From assembly GCA_965237955.1 (NCBI GenBank), contig OZ250169.1, positions 384,001 to 448,000 on the forward strand: DNA of 64,000 nt, given 5' to 3'. Positions 10,820-20,787 of the stretch are shown piece after piece. The translations under genes and the position numbers were made by a program. Origin of the DNA: Candidatus Marinacidobacterales bacterium. Lineage in GTDB: Bacteria; Acidobacteriota; Vicinamibacteria; Marinacidobacterales; SMYC01. Position 1 is the first letter of the stretch. Each line of letters opens with the position of its first letter. A model generated the notes under the pieces. That model worked only from the letters and a program-made list of their open reading frames with translations. It did not search any database and was not told the origin of the DNA.

Positions 10820-11521
10820 TCAGGAGTCGCTCTGGATGAGCACCCGCACCATCTCGAGCTGGATGGGATCGTCGATGTGGAGCGATTTCTTCCCGCCAAA
10901 GACGACGGCGCGCACGTCCTCTCCCATACAGAAGTCGTTCCCACTCCAGTTCTCCAGCAACTTCCGCTTCCGGGCAAAAACGCCGCCGTCGAAGATGTGA
11001 GCCGGTGGAAGTTCCTGCCGCTGCAGAAACGACTCGTTGGTGTACTCATTGAATGGCCGCAATCGATCCCCTTCCAGCTTTTTCACCCAATAGGGATGCT
11101 CATGGGCGATAGGCTCCACGGACGCGGCTGAGTCAGCATCCGTCTCCAGAAGCTTGTCCACAACCCGGTCGATATCCTTTGCTTCGATGAAGGGCGACGT
11201 CGCCTGAATCGAGACCACGATGTCCGACGGGTAGCCGAACTCATCCATGGCGCGCATGGCGTGCTGCACCACGGGAACGAGACCCACCTCGTCCTCCGCG
11301 AGCTCGGCCGGGCGCATGAAAGGTGTTTCCGCACCCCACTTCCGCCCCACGGCCGCAATCTCTTCGTCTTCGGTGGTGAGAATGACCCGGTCGAGGGTTC
11401 TGGTGTTCTTCGCCGCCTCCACGATGAAGGACAACAAAGGCCGTCCATGTACGTCCGACAGGTTCTTGCGCGGGATCGATTTCGATCCACCCCGCGCGGG
11501 AATGACACCGAGTATTTTCAA
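10820..11521 (-). CDS. neuA: Acylneuraminate (nonulosonate) cytidylyltransferase, NeuA-like
   Basis: IPARGGSKSIPRKNL, IQATSPF, RQELP, SLHIDDP; TTG start at 11521. Confidence 0.88.
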   Translation of the reverse strand: MKILGVIPARGGSKSIPRKNLSDVHGRPLLSFIVEAAKNTRTLDRVILTTEDEEIAAVGRKWGAETPFMRPAELAEDEVGLVPVVQHAMRAMDEFGYPSDIVVSIQATSPFIEAKDIDRVVDKLLETDADSAASVEPIAHEHPYWVKKLEGDRLRPFNEYTNESFLQRQELPPAHIFDGGVFARKRKLLENWSGNDFCMGEDVRAVVFGGKKSLHIDDPIQLEMVRVLIQSDS

Positions 11522-12849
11522 ATTGATTCCCTGTGGAAGAAGTTCAGCGCATCGTAGAGACCCCGCTCGAAAACATTGGGCCTGCGTTCCCAGTGCAGGT
11601 TGAAGGAGATCATCGCATTGTTCCAATGCGAGCTTCCCCGCAGCAGCGCGGCGAGATAGTTCGCTTCGCATTTGCAAGTCAGAACCGGACGGTCTGCGGG
11701 CGGTGAGCCATCGATGCTGCGCTCGCGCAGATCGACGTACACCGGCCGCCAGCCGGGATCATCCAAGGCAATCGCGAGAATCCATTCACTTTTCAAACGG
11801 TGACGGTCCATCCTCTGGAACATGTGCTCTGTGGCCCGCTCGATTAGCGACTTCGTTTCGCTCTCCTCCACCGGAGGGTAGAGCGCCCGAGTATTTGGAA
11901 TCTCGGAGTAGAGCTCGTCCACAACCGAGCTGAGCGGCTTCGCTTCGAGATGAGCTTCATGGAGGTGAGCGCCCTCCGGCTCGAGTGTCAAAACGTCTCC
12001 CTCGGAGAGCGCGAACACCGGCAGTCCGGTATGAGCGCGGTACCGTCTCACTACTTCTTGCTTGTCCGCCCACCAGGACCCGGAGCACCACTTCGCGAAC
12101 GCCCGTGCCATGGGACCGCGCAATGCGAACTCGGAGGAGTAGGGCACCAACGCCTTGGGCTGCACCATCTCGATGAGAGCGCGGTTCACTGTCTCGCGCT
12201 TGGCCTCACGCTCTTCGGCGATGGAAAGTTTCTCCTCGTCGGTGAGGTTGTCGTAGCAGAGCGGATAATCCGATGCGGCGCCGTTGTACGAGAACGCCAG
12301 CAAGTCGCACCCTTTCATGTGCTCGATGGCTTCTCCGGCATCGGCCGGCTGATAGGGCACGTTGTCCGCCAGGAACACGAGCTTGAAGCCGTCCACTGTC
12401 ACGATGACGCCGGTATCGATCACGAGCGAGACCACGTCGGAGTCTTCGTACTGTTCGAGCTCCTGACCGTAGGCGTTCATCCGGGGGACGACTTCCAGGC
12501 TGAGGCCCGGCGCCACTTCCACGGACTGCTCGAGCGCGAGCATCGAGGGCTGGCGAAAGCCCATCTGCTTCAGCGTGCCTGCCATCAGATGATTCGGATA
12601 CACGTCCGGCACGAGCAGGTGCACGTCTCGCGATAGCTTGTCCAACGTAGCAACGTCGTAGTGATCTTCGTGGATGTGCGAGATGAAGCTATGGGTCACG
12701 CCGTCGAGCAGAGCCCCTTCATCCACGATGGCCGGATAGGGCATCCAGGCGCCGTCGAAAATACCCTTGCTGAGCCACGGGTCACAGACCAGTACATAGT
12801 CGTTCGACTCCACACGGACGAACCCGTTCGTCGGGTTCTGTATCTTCAT
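11518..12849 (-). CDS. MBL-fold metalloprotein, CMP-Neu5Ac hydroxylase-like without a Rieske domain
   Basis: DPWLSKGIFDGAW, SHIHEDHYD, HWNNA...RRPNVF...FFH; ATG at 12849 overlaps the upstream stop. Confidence 0.75.
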   Translation of the reverse strand: MKIQNPTNGFVRVESNDYVLVCDPWLSKGIFDGAWMPYPAIVDEGALLDGVTHSFISHIHEDHYDVATLDKLSRDVHLLVPDVYPNHLMAGTLKQMGFRQPSMLALEQSVEVAPGLSLEVVPRMNAYGQELEQYEDSDVVSLVIDTGVIVTVDGFKLVFLADNVPYQPADAGEAIEHMKGCDLLAFSYNGAASDYPLCYDNLTDEEKLSIAEEREAKRETVNRALIEMVQPKALVPYSSEFALRGPMARAFAKWCSGSWWADKQEVVRRYRAHTGLPVFALSEGDVLTLEPEGAHLHEAHLEAKPLSSVVDELYSEIPNTRALYPPVEESETKSLIERATEHMFQRMDRHRLKSEWILAIALDDPGWRPVYVDLRERSIDGSPPADRPVLTCKCEANYLAALLRGSSHWNNAMISFNLHWERRPNVFERGLYDALNFFHRESI

Positions 12850-14861
12850 TCCCTCGCTGCTCGTTCTTGTTTTTCTCCGGCGAGCCGCCGGATGGCCTTG
12901 AGGATGCGCTCGGTCGACCGACCATCCGCACCGAAAGCAAACTCCATGATATAGGCACGCCGCCGAGTCTCGAGCACCTCGGCAAACGCCTCGTCGAAAA
13001 GGAGTTTTTGGAGCGCCTCCTTGATGGATTCGCCGTGGGCCGCGCCGAGCGCCACGCCCCGTCTGACCAGAGCGCTCAGGTTGCTGGGAAGGTTCACCAC
13101 CAACACGGGCTTTCCCAGAACGAGCGATTCGGACGAAGCAAAGGAGTCTACCGTCACCAGGCCGTCCGAAGCAAAGAGAAACTCGAGAAGGTTTTCTTTG
13201 GCGCTGGAAAAACGCACGGCCCTGGCCCGCTCCTGTTTCACCACCTCTTCGTACGGAGCGACTAGCTCGGCCTGATGCGGTTTGACCAGCAAGCACACAC
13301 CCGGCGTGTCCTCCACGGCGCGCACCAGCTCGGTGAAGACCGGACCGACCGCGGAAAATCGAGAGGCCAGGACGAGCAGGTTGGTCCCCTCGTCGACACC
13401 GAGGCGCCGTCGCGTCGCCCGGCGATCGAAGCGCTTTCCCGCACTTACGAGAGCATCGAACTTTGGGCTTCCGGTAACGACGAGCTGCTCCGCCCGGTAG
13501 TGTCCCCGCTGCATCAGAATGTCCTTCGCCATGCTGCCGAAAACCGCGGTACGGGTCGGAATAGGAACACAGTCCCTGCCGTCCGCGGCCGGCCCGACTT
13601 CCTCCGCGCTGTGCTCGGCTCCGTACAGCCGCGGATAGAGAATGCCGTGCTGGACGGCAAAAGAAACAACACCCACTCTCGCTGCCGCAGCGATCGCCGC
13701 CCTTCCCAGACCGCTGTACTCGGCATAGAGAACCAGCACGTCGGGCCTCTCCCATGCCAGCGCAGCTTCGACTTCATGAAAAGAGCGAATGGCCCAGGGA
13801 AGCTGCAGCAGCATCGTATCTCGAAACGACGGCAGCGCCAGGGCTCCGAGTGGCACACCATGATGACTGAGCGCCCGGTCCAGGTCCGGCTGCGCGCGAA
13901 ACGCGCGCCACATACACCAGCACCGGAGGGACGCCGGGATGAGTCGTAGGGCCATCCCCAGTGTGGTGTAGTTGCGCGCGGGGGTGTAGGGGTGACCGGC
14001 ACTGTCGTCCAGCTCCAGAATCTCTTTCAGCACGCCGGTGGGACCGCGCTGCTTGAACGGCACGGTGGGACCGAAGGCCACCATCCCCACGGCATCACCG
14101 CCGGCCGCGAGCCGCAACGGCAGCTGGTCGAAGTACATATCGACGAGCTCGGTAGCTCCCGTCTCTTCGTTCTCCCGTTGCCGCCACATGGAGGCATGCG
14201 TGAGGAACAAGATCCGTCGACTGCTCGAGCTCGCCTCCGCCTGCTTCCGCTTTCGCGCGAAGACGTTCTTGAGGCCCGTTCCCAGCATCTTGAGCTGCGC
14301 GATCTTGAATCGTATCGACGTTCTGAGAAAGTTGGATGGCAGGCTGTTGAAACGACCGCGCAGCTCAACGTGGGTTAACCGCCGGCGAGCTGCAGCCGCC
14401 AGTACTCGGGCCGTCCCGAAGATGAACAGGCGCGAGGGCCTCTCCTGGTCGATCAAACGCGACAAGGCCTCGATGTCGCGCACAAATAGTCGCAAAGGTG
14501 TGTCGTGATATAAAAACAGCTCCGCCCACCACCAGAGAGCGAGACCTTGGTGCCGAAACTGATCTCGAAAGCTTCCTGCGGGGCCGAGAGGCTTGCGGCC
14601 AAACTCTTTGAGCCAGGCAATGACCGCATCGTCGATCTCTGCGCCGGCGGATTCGCCCAGAGCCGCCTCGAGCGGCGTGCTAGAGATACCTTGGCCAGTC
14701 AGATAGCCCGCCACATCCGGACTTCGGAAACGCTCCTGAACGATGGACGGGTGTTGCCAGGCGACGATTCGGGCTCCACTCTGAGCGAGCTTTCGAAGCT
14801 CGCTCACCTCGCCGGGCTTGAGGGAGGCACTGGCGACGAGCACCAGCGGCTCAGCCGGCAC
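12846..14861 (-). CDS. Surface polysaccharide biosynthesis protein, GT-B-like glycosyltransferase
   Basis: AVQHG, VTGSPKFD, LVKPHQAE, ESLVLGKPV motifs; coupled to neuA-like operon. Confidence 0.7.
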   Translation of the reverse strand: MPAEPLVLVASASLKPGEVSELRKLAQSGARIVAWQHPSIVQERFRSPDVAGYLTGQGISSTPLEAALGESAGAEIDDAVIAWLKEFGRKPLGPAGSFRDQFRHQGLALWWWAELFLYHDTPLRLFVRDIEALSRLIDQERPSRLFIFGTARVLAAAARRRLTHVELRGRFNSLPSNFLRTSIRFKIAQLKMLGTGLKNVFARKRKQAEASSSSRRILFLTHASMWRQRENEETGATELVDMYFDQLPLRLAAGGDAVGMVAFGPTVPFKQRGPTGVLKEILELDDSAGHPYTPARNYTTLGMALRLIPASLRCWCMWRAFRAQPDLDRALSHHGVPLGALALPSFRDTMLLQLPWAIRSFHEVEAALAWERPDVLVLYAEYSGLGRAAIAAAARVGVVSFAVQHGILYPRLYGAEHSAEEVGPAADGRDCVPIPTRTAVFGSMAKDILMQRGHYRAEQLVVTGSPKFDALVSAGKRFDRRATRRRLGVDEGTNLLVLASRFSAVGPVFTELVRAVEDTPGVCLLVKPHQAELVAPYEEVVKQERARAVRFSSAKENLLEFLFASDGLVTVDSFASSESLVLGKPVLVVNLPSNLSALVRRGVALGAAHGESIKEALQKLLFDEAFAEVLETRRRAYIMEFAFGADGRSTERILKAIRRLAGEKQERAARE

Positions 14862-14937
14862 GGCTGCCCCGCACGCTCATGCTCAACCTGTCTTCGAGCT
14901 TTCCATCGGACCAATCCGGACCGCCACTTGTGAGCCG

Positions 14938-15443
14938 TACCTCGACGGTGAACAGGTCTGTCGCAGCGATGGCGCCCCAATGAGCCTTGATGAAGGTGCT
15001 CCACGACATGCTCTTGCCCCGCTCCGGCGCAGGAGCGATACCGTGGTCGGCGAGGATCCTCTTGATAGTGTTGCGTCCGAGTTCATGTCCTAGGTTCTTG
15101 AGTGCGCCTCGCAGGCGCGTATATCCCCACGTCGGGTTCTCCTGCGCCACGCGCACAATGAGCTCACGGATGTCCTTCGCCGTCGGAGATCGGCCTGGGC
15201 TCCGGTTCTTGCTGCCATCGTACTTGGCTGCGACGAGGCAGCGGTACCAACGCAGAAGCGTAGCGGGTGTGGCAACGGACGCAATCTGGGCCAGCGCCTC
15301 GCGGCCCAAAGCCTGGGCCTTGACGGCGAGCCTGCGCCGCTCGTCGTCCGAGAGCCTGAGACGCTTGCCCCGAAGCCCGGCTCGGAGCACACGGTTCTCC
15401 TCTTGCTGGTAGTCGATCACATCCTGCTGCTGGCGGTTGACCC
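14938..15443 (-). pseudogene. rve transposase N-terminal fragment (lineage A)
   Basis: VNRQQQDVIDY.QEENRVLR...ENPTWGYTRLRGAL...ATDLFTVEV, then breaks off. Confidence 0.85.
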
Positions 15444-15480
15444 CGTCCTGTGCCAACACTCGGCCCTTTTGAAAGACCAT
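15444..15480 (+). mobile_element. Solo end A abutting its own transposase gene
   Basis: CGTCCTGTGCCAACACTCGGCCCTTTTGAAA next to GGGTCAACC. Confidence 0.8.
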
Positions 15481-15600
15481 GGCTGTAATTTAATGCACCG
15501 TAAAGTCTTAGCGTCATTTTACCAACACTTAATGGCGGAAGCACCCATGAGGTCTGTGTGAGCAGCAAGGGCTGCCCGATCGAACAACGGCTGCCTGACC

Positions 15601-15761
15601 AACAGTAGGAATTGCACATGGTACGTCATGATGGATCCGAAGATAACACCCTCGAGCCAGACGATTGTAAAGCCCACAGCCCTTGGCACCGTCGCAAAAC
15701 ACAGACGCTAAGCTGCTGATTTATCGGCTATTTCAAGAGGGCCGAGTTTTGGCACAGGACG
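15601..15761 (-). mobile_element. End A plus transposase leader, diverged
   Basis: Reverse complement aligns to about 60964-61125. Confidence 0.8.
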
Positions 15762-15795
15762 GGGTCTCCTCGGTATCATCGCCACCATAGTTCTC

Positions 15796-17400
15796 GTGGC
15801 CATGGTTCTCGTACGCCAATCCCGCGCATTCGACAGTGCCGCCGGCACGGTGCGCGACGAGCTCAGGATGGGCCGCGAGGAAGCGCAGCAGACCGCCGCC
15901 CGGCTCCGCGAGGAACTGGTTGCCGGCCTCAAAGCCAGCAACGAGACGCTTGTCCACTCGCTGAAGAGCATGGGCGCTCTTCAGCAGACCCAGCTCACCG
16001 GCATGACCACGCAGTTGAAGGATTTGACCGACTCGAGCCAGGCATCGCTCGAGCGCATCCGCGCGGCCGCCGAGTCTCAGGCCAAAGCACTCCAGGAGAG
16101 CAACGAAAAGAAGCTCTCGGAGATCCGCGCCAGCCTCGATGAGCGACTCGGCGCAATGACAACCCAGCTGAAAGAGACGGCCGATGCAAACCACGCCACG
16201 CTGGAGCAGCTGCGCGGCCTGCTTGATGCGCGTGTCAAGGAACTGCAGCAAGGCAACGAGAAGAAGCTCTCCGAGATTCGGACAAGCCTGGATGAGAAGC
16301 TCGGCACGATGACAGCGCAGCTCAAGGAGATGACCGACTCCAACCACGCCGGCATGCGTCAGGTGCGCGATCTGCTAGATACACGCGTCAAGGAGTTGCA
16401 GGAGGGCAACGAAAGAAAGCTCGGTGAAATGCGCAAGACCGTCGATGAGAAACTCCACGACACACTTGAAAAGCGGCTTGGCGAATCCTTCAAGTTGGTC
16501 AGCGAGCGCCTCGAATCAGTCCATAAGGGCCTCGGTGAAATGCAGACCCTGGCAAGCGGCGTGGGCGACCTGAAAAGAGTCCTGAGCAACGTCAAGGCGC
16601 GCGGCACATGGGGTGAAGTCCAACTCGGCGCAATTCTTGCGCAGTTCCTCGCTCCGGGTCAGTATGAAAAGAATGTTCGTCCCGCACCCGACTCAACCGA
16701 GACCGTCGAATACGCCGTGCGCCTGCCAGGCCCGCAGGACGATCCAACCTCCTGTGTCTGGCTTCCCATCGACTCCAAGTTCCCGCAGGAAGACTATCTG
16801 CGCTTACAGGATGCTGCAGAAGCGGCCGACGCCGATGCAACGCTTAGAGCCATAGACGCACTCTCGCGTACGGTCAGAGCGGCGGCGAAGGCCATCAACG
16901 AGAAGTACTTGAAACCACCAGCCACGACCGACTTTGGGATCATGTTCCTTGCCACTGAAGGTCTTTACGCCGAAGTCCTCCGCCAGCCCGATCTCGTTGA
17001 TGAGCTCCAGCAACGCTATCGCGTTATAGTCGCCGGACCGACGACGCTGGCGGCGATCCTCACCAGCTTGCAGATGGGTTTTCAGACCCTGGCCATCGAG
17101 CAGCGCGCCGCGCAGGTGTGGAGAATCCTGGGCGCCGTGAGAACCGAGTTCGACAAGTTCGGCGGCGTTCTCGATAAAGTCAGGCGCCAGCTCAACAGCG
17201 CCAGCCGCACGATCGAGCAGACGGGCGTTCGCAGCCGCGCGATGGAGCGAAAGCTTCGTACCGTCGAGCGGATGCCCGACGGCGAGGCCGCACGAATTCT
17301 CGAGCTCCCGGCGCTCACCGAAGAGATTGAAGCCGAGGACGCGGAACTCTCCGCCGAACTCGAACCACTCGACGATGAGGACGGCGCGGAGTCGACGTAG
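15796..17400 (+). CDS. rmuC: DNA recombination protein RmuC family (extreme 5' end probably clipped)
   Basis: NVKARGTWGEVQL, LPIDSKFPQEDY, TTDFGIMFLATEGLYAEV, GPTTLAA; frame is open back to end A. Confidence 0.92.
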   Translation: MAMVLVRQSRAFDSAAGTVRDELRMGREEAQQTAARLREELVAGLKASNETLVHSLKSMGALQQTQLTGMTTQLKDLTDSSQASLERIRAAAESQAKALQESNEKKLSEIRASLDERLGAMTTQLKETADANHATLEQLRGLLDARVKELQQGNEKKLSEIRTSLDEKLGTMTAQLKEMTDSNHAGMRQVRDLLDTRVKELQEGNERKLGEMRKTVDEKLHDTLEKRLGESFKLVSERLESVHKGLGEMQTLASGVGDLKRVLSNVKARGTWGEVQLGAILAQFLAPGQYEKNVRPAPDSTETVEYAVRLPGPQDDPTSCVWLPIDSKFPQEDYLRLQDAAEAADADATLRAIDALSRTVRAAAKAINEKYLKPPATTDFGIMFLATEGLYAEVLRQPDLVDELQQRYRVIVAGPTTLAAILTSLQMGFQTLAIEQRAAQVWRILGAVRTEFDKFGGVLDKVRRQLNSASRTIEQTGVRSRAMERKLRTVERMPDGEAARILELPALTEEIEAEDAELSAELEPLDDEDGAEST

Positions 17401-17639
17401 AAGCCGCACCCTCGCGCGGTCTCAGCGCCGCGGCGCGCCGCAGCAGGGACAGCGGGTCAGCGCCTGGTGCTCGAAGCCGCAGGACTCGCATATGGTCGCC
17501 GGCCGCGACACTGGCCGCGTCGAACTCCCCGCCGGCGGCAGTGGGGCAGCGTCGGCTTTCCCGGCCCGCTGCCGGGCCTTTTCGATCGCACTTCGCCGTA
17601 TCGGCCGGAAGAGGACCGTCCTCCGGTCTCCAGCAGCCT

Positions 17640-17785
17640 GTGCCTTCTATTTATTCATCCGCCAGCCCATGGGTCGGAAGTCAGCCCTGCGGCGCGAAAT
17701 ACCCTGGATTCTGCGCGGATTCCAAGGGCGTCTAAGCTGCTGATTTGTGGTCTATTTCTAAAGGGCCGAGTTTTGGCACAGGACG
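17640..17785 (-). mobile_element. End A, variant A2 interior
   Basis: End A followed by CCCTTGGAATCCGCGCAGAATCCAGGGTATTTCGCG, also at 32478-32548 and 34562-34620. Confidence 0.8.
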
Positions 17786-18529
17786 GGGTCCGTTCAAGAT
17801 ACCCAACACGTTCGAGGCACGAGCGGCGGTAGGCCCGGTTCAGGATCGAATCCGCGATCAGCGGATTACGATCATTGGCCTGGGCGGAACGGGCGCCTAC
17901 GTCCTGGACCTTGTTGCCAAAACGCCCGTGATGGAAATCCATCTTTTGGATTCCGACGACGTTAACTGGCACAACTTCATACGGGCGCCCGGCGCACCTA
18001 CTGCCGAGGAGATTGAGTCGCGTCACAAGGGACGTCTACGCAAAGTGGACTACTACTATTCCAAGTACGCGTCCCTCCGGGAAGGCATCCACCCCCACGC
18101 TGTCCGAGTGGACAGCCCGTCCATGTTCGGCGAGTTTCTGTCGGCTCATCCAATCGACTATGCCTTCGTGTGTATTGACCAGTTGGCCGACGGCGATTCG
18201 CCGCGTCAGGATGTCGTCTACTGTGCGCTCTCGGAGGCGGCGGTTCCGTTCATAGATTCGGGCGTGAGCATAACGCTGGACGACCGCGCCGTTAGAGGCG
18301 TCGTAACGACAAGCGCCTATGCCGCAGGCTCTGTGGCGTGGAAGGAGGCCATACCAAATGCTAGAGTCGAGGGCAACGTCCCCGGGTATCGCAACGTCCA
18401 GTTGCCCGAAGTGAACGCGTTGGCGGCGTCACTCGCCGTGATGGAGTGGCGGCGCCGCACGGAGCAGTATGTTTCTGAGTCCGCTTCGTTCCTCCATAAG
18501 TTCCGACTCGAGACGCCGCGCATTGTCAG
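17786..18529 (+). pseudogene. ThiF/E1-like adenylyltransferase, 5'-truncated at end A and 3'-interrupted by IS3
   Basis: ITIIGLGGTGAYVLDLVAKTPV.EIHLLD.D, HNFIRAPGA, Y..N.Q..EVNAL; native end RIVRAD* resumes at 19793-19805. Confidence 0.85.
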
Positions 18530-18589
18530 TGACCTTGCCCAGGAAAAGTGGACGGGTTGATTATCTCGCATGAGCAGTTTTGAGATCAT

Positions 18590-19439
18590 GAATCCGTTCG
18601 AACACCATTGGGCTGTTGTAATCGAGTGACGAGTGGAGTCGATACGGATTGTAGAACCCCTCGATGTAGCTCGCGACCGCGTCTTTGGCCATACGTCGTG
18701 TTGGCCAACTACGTCGGTGGAGGAGTTCGGTCTTGAGTGTGCCGAAGAAGCTCTTCGGTCACGGCGTTGTCCCAGCAATCACCCTTGCGGCTCATCGAGC
18801 ACACGATGCCGTACTCATCGAGCACGGCCTGGTAGGTCGCAGCCGCGTATTGAGTACCACGGTCTGAATGATGCACCAAGCCACTTTCCGGCAGGCGGCG
18901 CCCCAAGGCTATGTGAGCGCCTCGAGAGCAAGCTCCGCGCGCAGGTGGGGCTGCATCGCCCAGCCGACGACACGACGCGAGAACAGATCGAGGATGACCG
19001 CCAAGTAGAGCCAGCCTTCCCAAGTCCGGATGAAGGTTATGTCCGTCACCCAGAACTGGTTCGGTCGTTCGGCTTCGAAGTTCCGACCGAGCACGTTGGG
19101 TGCGACAGGACGATCGTGCTTGCTGTCGGTCGTGCGGCGAAAACGCTTGCTGGGCAGGCCCTGCAGACCCATCTCACGCATCAGCCGTGCCACTCGCTGC
19201 TTGCCCACCTCGACGTTCTCCCCGTCAAGCTGGCGACGTACACGCTCCCTGCCGTAGGTACCACGGCTATGGGCGTGGACCGCTTGGATGCGCAGCTTCA
19301 GCTTCCCATCCTCACACTGTCGCTTGCTGGGCGAGCGCTTCATCTGAGCGTAGTAGCCGCTGGTCGATACCCTCAGGACTCGGCACATCACCCGCACCGG
19401 GTAGTTGGCCCGCTCCGCGTGAATGAAATTGAATCTCAT
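18590..19439 (-). pseudogene. IS3 OrfB with frameshifts
   Basis: WVTDITFI, YLAVILDLFSRRVVGW, then HHSDRGTQY and CWDNAV in another frame. Confidence 0.85.
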
Positions 19440-19729
19440 TCGCTTTCTTTCGCGAAGAAGGCCGCCGCCTTTTTTAATATTTCTCGCTCTTGCTCCAACG
19501 TGCGCACTCGACGTCGTAGCGAACCCAGCTCATCACGTTCCGCCGTCGTCAGAGCCTCGCGTGGACCTTCACCGTGATCAATTTTGTATTGTTTCACCCA
19601 GTTTCGAAGGGCTGATTCCGTCAGGTCCAGTTCCTTAGCGACCTGGCCGATGCTGCGCTCGCCTTCCCTGAACAGCCGGACCGCTTCCTTCTTGAACTCC
19701 CCCGTGAACTTCCTGCGTCGTCGTTTTCC
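19436..19729 (-). CDS. IS3 OrfA
   Basis: RRKFTGEFKKEAV...LEQEREILKKAAAFFAKE; start approximate. Confidence 0.85.
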   Translation of the reverse strand, partial: GKRRRRKFTGEFKKEAVRLFREGERSIGQVAKELDLTESALRNWVKQYKIDHGEGPREALTTAERDELGSLRRRVRTLEQEREILKKAAAFFAKESE

Positions 19730-19814
19730 CACGGACGCCTCCAGGCGCATTGTCGCGCCTCGGTTGGTGTCCACAAAACCCGGGCAGGGCCACAGAGCGG
19801 ACTAACTCGCAGGA

Positions 19815-20240
19815 GTGGCACCCGTGAAACTCCGTCCCATCTTCGTAGACGTACTGCCCAAGTTCGACGCAATCAAAGCCGGCGAGCTCTGGATCAGCCA
19901 CAAGTATCGGACCGTCAACCTGCGCTGTCCCTGCGGTTGCGGGGATCTGACGGTGCTGTCCCTCCACCCCAGCCGGTGGCACGTTCGCTTCGATGGGAAG
20001 TCGGTCTCCTTGGACGGTCCTACGGGTGGGTCCGTGTGGGCCAATTCCGGCTGCGGCAGCCACTACGCTATACGGGACAACGCCGTGATTTGGTTGGATA
20101 GGATCGATCCAGGTCGTCATTCGGAGTATGCCGACGTCGAGCAGGCCCGCCTGCTCGGCTCAACACCGAGCCGTCAGACTCTTCGTTCACGGCTCGGACG
20201 CGTATGGCGTAGTCTGTCGTTAGGAAGTTGGCGCAAGTAG
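19815..20240 (+). CDS. DUF6527-like protein
   Basis: GELWIS, CPCGCG, W...DG..VSL...SVW..GC.SHYAIR; directly follows ThiF once IS3 is removed. Confidence 0.75.
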   Translation: MAPVKLRPIFVDVLPKFDAIKAGELWISHKYRTVNLRCPCGCGDLTVLSLHPSRWHVRFDGKSVSLDGPTGGSVWANSGCGSHYAIRDNAVIWLDRIDPGRHSEYADVEQARLLGSTPSRQTLRSRLGRVWRSLSLGSWRK

Positions 20241-20417
20241 AGTGCTGGATGAGTTCGAGGTTTGGCCAATTCGAATTCCGCTCTTGGCTTCTCCTCAGGC
20301 GCGATCTAGGTGTAGAGTGTCTTCTCATCGGGTGGGCTATTAGCTGAAAACCCCGGCCGATCAGCCCGGTGCTTGCGCTGTTTTCTGTTGGTGATGTGTA
20401 CGCATCCATTTAGCGCG

Positions 20418-20750
20418 TTTTCCCCCGCATGCGCGGGGATGGACCTATTACCGAGCCGCTTCCAGATCAGGTCGAGAAGTTTCCCCCGCATGCGCGGGGA
20501 TGGACCCAACTATTCCCGGAAACGGCTGGAGGATTTGAAGTTTCCCCCGCATGCGCGGGGATGGACCCAAGTCCGACTGGGCTTGGAAGCGTTTTGTAAT
20601 GTTTCCCCCGCATGCGCGGGGATGGACCCAGAGATACTACCAGACGCTGCGGCGTTCGTCTGTTTCCCCCGCATGCGCGGGGATGGACCTCATCGCTGCG
20701 CGTCCTAACATGAAGCGTTACTGTTTCCCCCGCATGCGCGGGGATGGACC
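20418..20750 (+). CRISPR. CRISPR array 1, type I-E-like, 6 repeats
   Basis: GTTTCCCCCGCATGCGCGGGGATGGACC at 20418, 20479, 20540, 20601, 20662 and 20723; exact 61-bp period. Confidence 0.95.
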
Positions 20751-20787
20751 CCATGCGCGGACAGAACGAAGCCGGAACCTCGACCAC

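Larger units (their letters stand above)
18530..19792 (-). mobile_element. IS3-family element
   Basis: TG...CA imperfect TIRs, orfA/orfB, 3-bp TSD CAG (18527-18529 and 19793-19795). Confidence 0.92.

Noticed and set aside
12850-13755. N-terminal 300 aa of the 745-aa ORF
   Set aside because: Off-frame overlap with the 671-aa gene; the real start is the ATG at 12849
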